Assembly: GCA_051294375.1 (NCBI GenBank)
Contig: CM119265.1
Coordinates: 19,082,588 to 19,146,587, forward strand
Origin: Paraspadella gotoi
Lineage: Eukaryota > Animalia > Chaetognatha
DNA: 64,000 bases
Direction of reading: 5' to 3'
Positions 55,039 to 64,000 of the stretch are shown piece after piece. A model generated the notes under the pieces. It was not told where the DNA came from. It saw only the letters and a program-made list of their open reading frames with translations, and ran no database searches. Positions within the stretch are counted from its first letter, which is position 1; the number at the start of each line of letters is the position of its first letter. The translations under genes were made by a program, and so were the position numbers.

Positions 55039-55558
55039 CGTAAACACAGAGATATACTCGTTTTAAATCAGGTTTGTGGCTAATTTACTCTCGAATAGCA
55101 ACTTTAAATTTTAAGTGGTTTTTGAAAAAATTCGGGATATTTTCGACGATTTGGGATTAAGCAGAAAAAAAAAGAAAGAAAGAGAAAAAAAAAATTCTAT
55201 CTATTTTTTTGAGGCAAAAGAAAATTGGGAAAGAAAGTTCAGTGCAAGAAGATTAAATTCGATCAAGGAAAGAAGTTCCAGTTCGGGCTGAGTGATCTCG
55301 GTTAAGCGTGATATTGAATAATCTGTAAATGATTAAGATACAAATGATATTTCGCAAATTACAGGGAAGATTAAGCTATAAATTTTTTTTTGGGAAGCCA
55401 GACAGAGAGCGAGAGAAAAAAAAAAAGCTTATCAGAGACAGAAGCGAGTCGAAGCAGGGAGTCGCAATAGGTTTTCCTATATCCAGCTTTACTTATTTTT
55501 GCTCTTCTTGTCCTTTTGTTTCGGTCAAAAACACTATGGGTCATGTTTCAAAGTCATC

Positions 55559-55594
<36 letters not shown>

Positions 55595-55683
55595 AGAGAG
55601 AGAGAAGCGAGGACGAGAGAAGAGAGAGAGAGCGCAATCCCGACGAACGCCGCCACATNNNNNNNNNNNNNNNNNNNNNNNNN

Positions 55684-56065
55684 TTCCGGAGACGGCTCCT
55701 CCTTACAGTAAAACCCTTTCGACCCCGTGGTCAAATAGGGTGAATCCTCATTACCTCGTCGCGGTGAACGGATCTTTGTGGGCTGATTACATCAAAGACT
55801 GGGATCACAAGAATGGGTCAATTTCGACAGGACTCTCAGTCTCACAATTTTCTCGACAGACCTTGCTTCGTATATGATTTCGTCATCTATGATCGGTCGA
55901 ACCAGTTGTACATAATCATAAGAAAGGTGCCTCTCAAAAAAACATGGGCAAGCGTTCACGGCTTCATTGGGCACCTCGCCAATAACCATTGCCCATAGAT
56001 TTGTCGTCGCGGAAAAATTCCACCCACGAGACGATTCCGCCTTCTCGTTAATCCCGCCCACCGAC
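55684..56065. other. Coding-like island, strand and product unresolved
   Basis: High-complexity stretch with an 89-codon minus-strand frame (GWNFSATTNLWAMVIGEVPNEAVNACPCFF...) and overlapping plus-strand frames (DGSSLQ, VAVNGSLWAD, LKKTWAS..GHLA). Confidence 0.25.
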
Positions 56066-56930
56066 TTTCAATCATTATCTTCACTTTCTTAGTTCCCTTT
56101 CCTCATCATTTTTTTTCTCCACAAAACACGTTTTTTTTCCTTATTCTTTAATCTTTTTTTAGGAATTTCTTATTACTTATTTAGTTCCCTCTTTCTTTTT
56201 CTCTCTAAACTTACAAATCACCTAACTAGTAGCTATCCTGACTTTCCCCCCATCTCTTTTTTCCCCCCTTCTTGATTCGTATCACCCTCCGACAACCCCT
56301 CGAATCGACTCCTCCCCACAAATCCCTTCCTTTCGATAAATCTTTCTTTTTTTCCCCTTTCCTCCTTCCCTTCATTTCTGGGGATTAGGTTTCCTTCCTC
56401 CCCTCCCTTCCTCCCTCCTCCCTTCTCCCTCTGCCTCTTTGATCCGCGGCCACAGTTTTTCACTCATAAACCTTTTCTTTATTACTGGCGAAAACGCGAT
56501 TTGACCGCGAGGGAGCGCGTGAGCCGTCGCGGCTCTCGGCGGCCCTCGCCGGAGCCTTGGCGGGATTTTCTTGGTCGGCTCTTGGAAAGGCTTAATCAAG
56601 CGGGAAGGGAGGGAACAAGGGTAGGGGAGAGGGGTGGGGAAGAAAGAGGAAGAGGAGGGGATATAATCAATCAGGAGGTCCCTTTATATTACTTTTTTCT
56701 TCTTTCTCTCTCTCTCTCTCTCTCTTCGCTTCTCTTCTTCTCTCTCTCTCTGTCCTCTCTCTCTCTCTCTCTCTTCTCTTCTCTCTCTCCTCTTCTCTCC
56801 ATCTCTCATCTCTCTCCCTCTTCGTTATCTTTTCTCTCTACACAGTGCTGGCAACGTCGATTCTAAAACCTAAGCTTTGATGTTTACGTATGAATAAGAG
56901 AGAGAGAGAGAAGAGAGAGAGAGAAGAGAG

Positions 56931-57003
<73 letters not shown>

Positions 57004-57452
57004 GCCTGTGCCAAAAATAAAAGCCAGAGAGGGGGCGGTCCTTCGATGTAGAGATGGTGAGAATGTAGAGCGTTCTAAATTATCCACGAGGGAGGAAAAA
57101 CCGAGGTTCCAGGTTTTTTAACAGTTAAATATCATTATTATTTTAATTTATGAATTTAAACATAATAGGCTGAATACTTTTGATGGAAGGCGAATTTAAG
57201 TATTGGTTTCTCAGGAATATGCAAAAAAACAGGAAGTTTACAACTTATTGCAATTTTGGGGAAAAAAATGTGTTTCATATCATATCTAATTTTTTTTCTT
57301 TAAATGTAGTCTAATATTTATTTTTCTTTAGCCCTGATTTCTGTCAATAATATTCCCTAATTCGTCTTAACTAGAAAAGCGTCTCTGCCTAATATCGAGG
57401 GAAAGTCATCAACGAAGGGTTTTCGATGTAATTTTCAAGGGCATAACCCGCC

Positions 57453-57508
<56 letters not shown>

Positions 57509-57717
57509 CTTCTTTCCTTATTTTCTTCGGTCATGATGAAGATGTTGAATATTTTTCCCTTCTTTGTGCTCGTCCGATATTTTTTTTCGTGGGACAACAA
57601 AGACATTCCCTACTCGCGTTGGACAGGGGGGGGACTTAAGTGTAAAAATATACAAATGTAGCGATGTAGATGAACTGACTAAGGGTCGTTTTAGTCCTTA
57701 AGTTGATTTGTATAAAA

Positions 57718-58351
57718 TGCAAAAAAAAAGAGGACACTCTTCAAATATTAAGTTGCGCTCATTTTACGTACATATTATAAAATTTTATGAATGATAAATA
57801 TAGATTTTGAAATGGGAAATACATATGTGTAAGTTAAAAGAAAATTGTTCCAAGCATTCAAGAGCTATAGCTACCGAAAGAGAAGTGGTCAAAAAAAAAT
57901 TCGTCATTTGAGTCGCTTCAAAAAAACATTTTTGAAAATCTGCCAAAAATCGAAAATAATTTTTTGCCTTAATTTATAGGAACTGTATTTATGTTTTTTT
58001 TAAAAATGTGAATGGTAAATAAAGACTTTTGAAAGAAGAAATCATATGTGTAACTTAAAAAAAAATCGGTCCCGTCATTCCAGAGCTACAGCATCTTAAA
58101 CCCAAGAGGTTAAAAATACTTTAATTTCCTTTTGCTCTGACATTATGTTCGAGTACTTAGTAGTTGTAACGGAGTAGTTACATTTAAAAAATCACTGCTG
58201 AGTAACGAATAGCTATAGATAAACCAAATTTATACCAATAGTTCCTTTTTCCATAAATATTATTCACTTATAATATCTTTCATTTTAAAGTAATCTAATC
58301 TGATTTATTTTCATAATGTTTTTGCGTGTCCTCTTTTTTTGCACAGGACTG
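57718..58351. mobile_element. Non-autonomous Tc1/mariner-type element (MITE), left terminus truncated
   Basis: TGCAAAAAAAAAGAGGACAC (57718-57737) is inverted at GTGTCCTCTTTTTTTGCA (58326-58343), which continues CAGGACTG|TA. That gives a TA-CAGT... terminus typical of Tc1/mariner. There is an internal ~90-bp direct repeat (57778-57871 vs 58002-58092) and no transposase ORF. Confidence 0.7.
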
Positions 58352-58606
58352 TACTACTGTCTGTAAATCAATCATTATTACGTCTTTCAACTTTGCGTTG
58401 TACCATGTAAAAAAATTGTACATAGCACAAATTTTACTTATCGTAGGATCTTGTTACAGGAACTAATTTACGCCGACGGTCTTTGGTAATTTTCCCCTCT
58501 TTCTCGCCCTATCTTCTTTTCCCTTCCCTCTTTTCCCCCCACCCCTATTCCCCACTCCTCCCTCTCCCCCCACCGCTTCCCGAGATTTCATCTCCCTTAT
58601 TTAAAG

Positions 58607-58779
58607 GAGGCATTAATTCCCCCGCAATCCCCCGCCGCTCGACTCGGGCACCGCGAGGGCCGGTTCGATGCGCGATCCGGGCCGGCCGCCCTCTTCGCAA
58701 TCCTCGATCCGGGGCCGCCGCCCGCCGCCGATTCCCCGGCCCCGAACTTCCGGCCTTTCGTCGTCGGTGGGCGGAAAGG
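58607..58779 (+). CDS. Candidate GC-rich internal exon, product unknown
   Basis: Acceptor CCCTTATTTAAAG| and consensus donor GG|GTAAGT at 58780 bracket a very GC-rich island. The phase-0 reading is EALIPPQSPAARLGHREGRFDARSGPAALFAILDPGPPPAADSPAPNFRPFVVGGRK. Confidence 0.3.
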
Positions 58780-61119
58780 GTAAGTGAGAATTCGCGGGGC
58801 GAATTTGGGGAGGAGGAGAGGGTAAGGTCGGGGTGAGTTAGAGGGTGAGTCGAGGGCGAGTTGCGAACGAAGGCAAAAAATGGCAATNNNNNNNNNNNNN
58901 NNNNNNNNNNNNNNNNNNNNNNNNNNNNNNNNNNNNNNNNNNNNNNNNNNNNNNNNNNNNNNNNNNNNNNNNNNNNNNNNNNNNNNNNNNNNNNNNNNNN
59001 NNNNNNNNNNNNNNNNNNNNNNNNNNNNNNNNNNNNNNNNNNNNNNNNNNNNNNNNNNNNNNNNNNNNNNNNNNNNNNNNNNNNNNNNNNNNNNNNNNNN
59101 NNNNNNNNNNNNNNNNNNNNNNNNNNNNNNNNNNNNNNNNNNNNNNNNNNNNNNNNNNNNNNNNNNNNNNNNNNNNNNNNNNNNNNNNNNNNNNNNNNNN
59201 NNNNAATCTTTTTTTTTCTATTTCTTTCTTTCCCGTCTTACTCGCTTCCTCATTAACTTTGTTTCTTTCCCTTTCTCTTTCTACCCCCACTCCCTCCTTT
59301 TCCTCTTTCTCTCTTGTCACTCGGGAATTGATGAGTTTTCGGGGGAAATCACCGGCTTTCGAAGGAAATGGGCGACTCGTTTGGCTTTAGAGCGCGAAAA
59401 CGAGGATGGAATGGGTGGGGCGCTTGGGTGGGGTCGAACGAGGCACGGGTGAGTAAGAATGAGTTGTGAGGGAGAGACCGAAAATGAGACTCGGTGAANN
59501 NNNNNNNNNNNNNNNNNNNNNNNNNNNNNNNNNNNNNNNNNNNNNNNNNNNNNNNNNNNNNNNNNNNNNNNNNNNNNNNNNNNNNNNNNNNNNNNNNNAT
59601 AAGAAAATATCAAAGCTATTTCAAGATGAGAAGCCATAACTAAACTTTTAACTTACCATGATCGCACACTTTTGTAAAACTTTATCATAATTCATAATAA
59701 TTTTTATTTGAAAAAAACCGGTAAGTCACAGCCAAACCTATAAAAGCGTAGTAGTTTTTATACAAAAAAGCGTGACGGACGACGACGACGACGACGTCAC
59801 AAAGAAGCAACCCTAAAACATTATAGAGCCTGACCCGGCTTCGCCGGTCAAGGCTCGATAGAAATAAAGAAAATCATTATTTCGTCGGCAAACGGAGGCA
59901 AAATCTCGATCGTATAACAAAATAGAGAGACGTTCGCCGCGAAACACCGTCCACAAATCGAGCTGAATCAAGATAATCCAAAAATCGTTGCTATCGCCGG
60001 CAAGAAGAAAACGCGAAAATCGCAAGCCTTCAAAATCTCCAGGCGACAAAAGAAATTATTCTCCAAGTGACGGAGAGCGACAATGTTAGTAAAATTAGAC
60101 AGTCCGTTTTAAAATAAAAAGCGTGAGGAAGCGTGAGGAATTTCAATAGAATCATGAAAGGTCATTATTTATTTACGTCCTCTCCCTGAGGGACAAAAAA
60201 AAATATAAAAAATTGTATTTCTGCCCCTACATTCGACAAACGTCATATATAGCAACGAAGAGAAAATTTCTATAGCGCATTCTCGTTGATATGCAGGGGA
60301 ATCAGGATTATCCTCTAACCCAATTAATATATCATACGGATTAACGTCTACGTTGACGTCACCTCACGTGAAGCAAAGTATAGAGTTTAACATCTACATG
60401 CGCAGATGTGAGGCTTTACCCGGGGAATACCCACTTAATTACTTATAATTATCACTTAAATATACATATACACTTAATTAGTGGTAGCGCACAGAAACGT
60501 GGGGACCGAACAAAGCCGCTGCCACCATGTCACTATACTCTAGCTACGTGATAGTTTCTGACGAATTCTCTTGGCCTATAAAAACACAGGGGTTTGTAAT
60601 ATCTATTGTAATATATAAGGTCAACAAATACAAAATAATATTTAAAAGAGAAACGTTTCCTTCGGAGCCACGGCTAAAACTACCAAGTTTAGCGACAGAA
60701 TCGACAAAGTACAATTGTTTACATTTTACAAAGAAGAAATGTGGTCATTTCTAAAACACCAACACTCTCCATCCCACACAAACCCCTGCTCTCTCTCTTC
60801 CCATTTCACGTCGAATGGCCGATCATATTCAAGAGGTAACGCGAGGTAATTTTTCCGGTGGGTGTGTCTCTCATTCATCGACCGCGGCGGTTTGAGGGGC
60901 GGGGTGTTGGGCGGTGGCAGAAAAGGCGGTTATGGTGGCGAGGGAAAAGGGTGATACGTTGATGTTCAAAATGTAAATGTCTAATTGTACTATAAAGTTT
61001 TTTTATAGTTATAGGGCTTTGTGCATAATAAACCATACAGAGGAGATTCTCTATAACATTCATTTAACCGTTCGTCGTTCGCGTTATTGATGAATGAAAT
61101 AATGAAATGGAATAATTCA

Positions 61120-61386
61120 TTATATCTGAAAACCGTTTGACCGCGAGAAAGTGAATCGTGGTGAGGATCTTGACGATCGAGGGGTCACGAGGTAAGGGTT
61201 CGGGATCGGCGGCCGCTTCGAGGTCAGTCGCGGGACATTTAGGAGAAGAGACGACGTTTTTCCGGAAATGAACCTCTTCGCCGTCGTTTTCGTCGTCGTC
61301 GTTTTCGTCGTCGTTAAAGGGCGTTTAGAGAGACTTTTGTGAATATTTGTGAATTCGTTTAGTACATGGTATTTTAAAAATATATT
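61120..61386 (-). CDS. Candidate terminal exon, Thr/Ser/Pro/Arg-rich, unidentified
   Basis: Acceptor TCTTTAG| then 88 open codons (NIFLKYHVLNEFTNIHKSLSKRPLTTTKTTTTKTTAKRF...KRPPIPNPYLVTPRSSRSSPRFTFSRSNGFQI*). A second, acidic frame is also open. Part of it is (ACG)n-derived. Confidence 0.2.
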   Translation of the reverse strand, partial: NIFLKYHVLNEFTNIHKSLSKRPLTTTKTTTTKTTAKRFISGKTSSLLLNVPRLTSKRPPIPNPYLVTPRSSRSSPRFTFSRSNGFQI

Positions 61387-62055
61387 CTAAAGATTCTATT
61401 AAAACACCCAACCTTTCTGGTCTGGCCTCTTTCTTTCTTTTAATTTTCATCGATGCGTACAGAGTATTATTAATTTATTACCCTCTATTCCTTTTTATCT
61501 TTAATTTTTTTCCCTCCGCTTTTTCCGTCCTTTTTTCTTTACTTTTCTTTACCGCCTTTTGAACTAACTTTTACATACAAATTTTTTATTCGAATTTAAT
61601 GGATAGTTGCTGTAGATTGATATATTTGTTCAATGCATTATTTACTATTTACTATTTGCTATAGCTTTGCCGCTATTTACTCAGATTATTATTATTATTT
61701 GCGCGTTTTTTTAAAAAACTTCTTCCTTTACCCTCCTTCATGTGCTCTCTGTTTTCTTTATAATTTTTCTTCGACACCCCCCCCCCGCTTTTTCCTTTTT
61801 TCCTTCCATCTCTTGCCTTCCAAGCGTAACAAAGGGAAGACAGATTAGGGATTAAGTTTCCCGTTTAGGGTAAGTGAGAAGGTAAGTCGAGGTAGTCGTA
61901 GTTATAAACGAGGGTTTGGTCATCAAGGTCGTAGAAACAGTGAAGAATGGGCGGTGGCCTGACGCGAGCTTAAACTATCGCTTCCTCTTTATTTTTTTTA
62001 AAGAAAAACGTTGGTTTTTTTCATATAAATTCTTTATATTTTATCAATCAGTTAA

Positions 62056-62061
62056 TTTATT
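62056..62061 (-). promoter_or_regulatory. Putative polyadenylation signal AATAAA of the lectin gene
   Basis: TTTATT on the + strand, ~100 nt downstream of the lectin stop codon. Confidence 0.45.
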
Positions 62062-62157
62062 CACCTTTTAAGACCGAATTTGACAATCATGCAGATTTAT
62101 GCTCGCTCGCACATACTAAAACCGATTCAGCATCCAACGACGCATTCCCCGTCCGCT

Positions 62158-62642
62158 TCATTCCTCTCCACAGCCGCAACACATTTTCTTCTTCGGATAT
62201 TCGCACAAAAACCTCGTCGCCTGACGATGGTCGATGTCTCCGCTTTGCAGCCAAGAGTAGTAGAGGTATTTGAGAAAGACGAACGGCGGATCCGCGTTGG
62301 AACCGGAAGGAACGCGTTTGATCCACGCGGCCGGGATCGGCGCGCCCGTCTTCCACTTGTAGCCGCCGTCGCGACTTAATCTCCCGCCGATGAGGACGTC
62401 GAGTGACTCCTCGCCCGGATCGAAGTTGTTCTCCACCGAATCCAGGACGTGCTCGTACTCGGCCACCGTCTCCAGCGTCGCCAAGTCGCCGCCTTTTTCC
62501 GCGCATGCGCTCGACGCCTCGTCCCACGTGAGGTAGGCGCGGAACCAGTTGGGCGGCGTGTATTTTGGTTCGCGGAGGAATTCCCGGCGGAAGACGACGT
62601 ATGAGCTGTTGCCGAAGTCGGTCAGGTTGCGACGAGTTTCGG
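62158..62642 (-). CDS. C-type lectin-like domain (CTLD) protein, terminal coding exon
   Basis: CTLD motifs in order: FGNSSYVVF, LTWDEASSACAEKGGDLATLET..E, VLIGG (WIGL-equivalent), YKWKTG, FLCE. Codons are GC3-rich. Strong acceptor CTCCCCTTTTTCTCAG| at 62643 (phase 1) and TGA at 62160-62158. Confidence 0.85.
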
Positions 62643-63015
62643 CTGAGAAAAAGGGGAGGCGCAGATTTGGAATTGAGCGATTGTGGCGAAGGAGGTTTCG
62701 CCGGAATGAAGTCAACCTTGATTGGTCTCTTTGTTGTACTATCGCCAGGGAAGCCGGGAACTGACTCTCTGTATCTCTCTCACCCTTTGTGGCTCAGTTT
62801 CTCGCTCTTCCTTTTTAACTATTTAAAAATCCTATTTAAATTGTTTTTCTTATTGATATTTCTTGGCAATAAATATTTTATCCCTCTACACTATGTTTAA
62901 TAAACATTGTTTATATGTTTATATGCCACGATAAGCGAGTTAGATTGTTGGATTGTTGCTTAAATTCTACGTATTGTATTGTTTGTACGTCTGTTTAGTT
63001 ATTTACACTGTTTAC

Positions 63016-63094
63016 CTTTAATGGTCCGCGTTGTTGCAGCCATGCAAGCAGACAGCAGCAAGCAAATTCCAGCTACAACTATTATTTGCTTCAT
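63016..63094 (-). CDS. Signal-peptide exon of the CTLD gene
   Basis: ATG at 63094 gives MKQIIVVAGICLLLSACMAATTRTIK (basic n-region, hydrophobic core, small-residue cleavage region). The donor AAG|GTAAAC is phase 1 and joins in frame to 62642 (G+CC = Ala). Upstream acceptor ATTTCAG| at 63118. This exon is not in the ORF track. Confidence 0.75.
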
Positions 63095-63291
63095 GCTGTT
63101 TGGTTCGCGTTGTCTTTCTGAAATTTTTATTTACACTTTGTTACGTTCCATAGTTATCATAAAACAGAAGAGAGAGAAATGTAAATAAAAACCTAAATTT
63201 TGTTTAATTTCTTAAGCTTATTTTATCTTGTAAGAATAAAATTAAACAATCTTCTCGGTTAAATTTAAATTAAATTTCATATCGTACTCAC

Positions 63292-63396
63292 CTTACGTTT
63301 TCGACGAATCAGAAAAATGAACAAATGTCAAAAACAGAATAAAAAAAAGCGTCGATACTCGAAGCAGCAGCCGAGGAATTCCAAAAGTTAGAATGA
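63292..63396 (-). other. Putative non-coding first exon / start region of the CTLD gene
   Basis: Consensus donor AAG|GTGAGT at 63291 pairs with the acceptor at 63118 (174-nt AT-rich intron). A TCATT initiator-like motif lies near 63392-63396. The 5' end is uncertain. Confidence 0.4.
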
Positions 63397-63484
63397 GATT
63401 TACATGTAATGAAATCCGGGGGCGAGAGAAGGTGGGGTAGGGAATGAGTTCAACAGTTGTGTTTGAGAGAGAGAGAGAGAAGTG

Positions 63485-63549
<65 letters not shown>

Positions 63550-64000
63550 GAGAGAGAGAGAAAGAATTGAGACAAGGGAGGGGGAGAAAGGATAAGGGAG
63601 GTTAAAAAGAGAAGAAATGGATGGAAAAGGCAAAGAAAAGTAAAAAAATAAAAAGAAAAGAGAAAAAGAGAAAAAAAAGGTGGAGAGAAGAAGAGAGAGA
63701 GAGAGAGAGAGAGAAGAGAGAGAGAAGAGAGAGAGGAGAGAGAGGTTTAATTACTTTTTTCGCTCTTTGGACTTTTAAAGGTCGAACTTCTTTCGCTTTT
63801 CCCTTAATTTTCTCATTGGCCTCTGACCGTTTCTCTTCTATTTTATGTTTCTTTTTTACTCTTTTTTTAAATTTTCTTTCCTTTTTTACTTACCTTCTTT
63901 TTTTCTTACCTTTTTTTTTGCTTCGGGTATCTTCACTTAAGTTTTAAGGAAAAGGTTTGACCTTCGCGATTAGCAGCTTAACGACCGAGAGCGGGGTCGT

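Overview
This is eukaryotic (animal-like) nuclear DNA from a draft scaffold. It is AT-rich, full of (GA/TC)n, (ACG/CGT)n, (CTAA)n and (TTTC)n microsatellites, and broken by many N gaps. An arthropod source is plausible but not provable from the sequence. About 40 kb (14.9-54.9 kb) is one ~12-15 kb locus present as several partial copies in both orientations. The main structure is an inverted repeat with apparently identical 8.6-kb arms (21260-29854 and 34165-42759, axis 32009.5) around a 4.26-kb spacer. Both arms stop at the same base beside 25-N gaps, which favours a long-read gap-filling artefact over a real palindrome. The best-supported gene is a 3-exon, minus-strand secreted C-type-lectin-domain protein (~187 aa, 62.1-63.4 kb) with an atypical, probably non-Ca2+-binding domain and a Cys-rich tail. 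Other features are a CCA-ended tRNA-Lys(CTT) 3' half, a Tc1/mariner-type MITE, a CpG-poorer frameshifted coding-like block with ~350-bp internal repeats, a 1.3-kb inversion between copies that breaks at a micro-palindrome, and several unidentified exon candidates. I see no prokaryotic operon, CRISPR array, rRNA or intact transposase. I cannot support a confirmed novel system; the findings below are leads to check.
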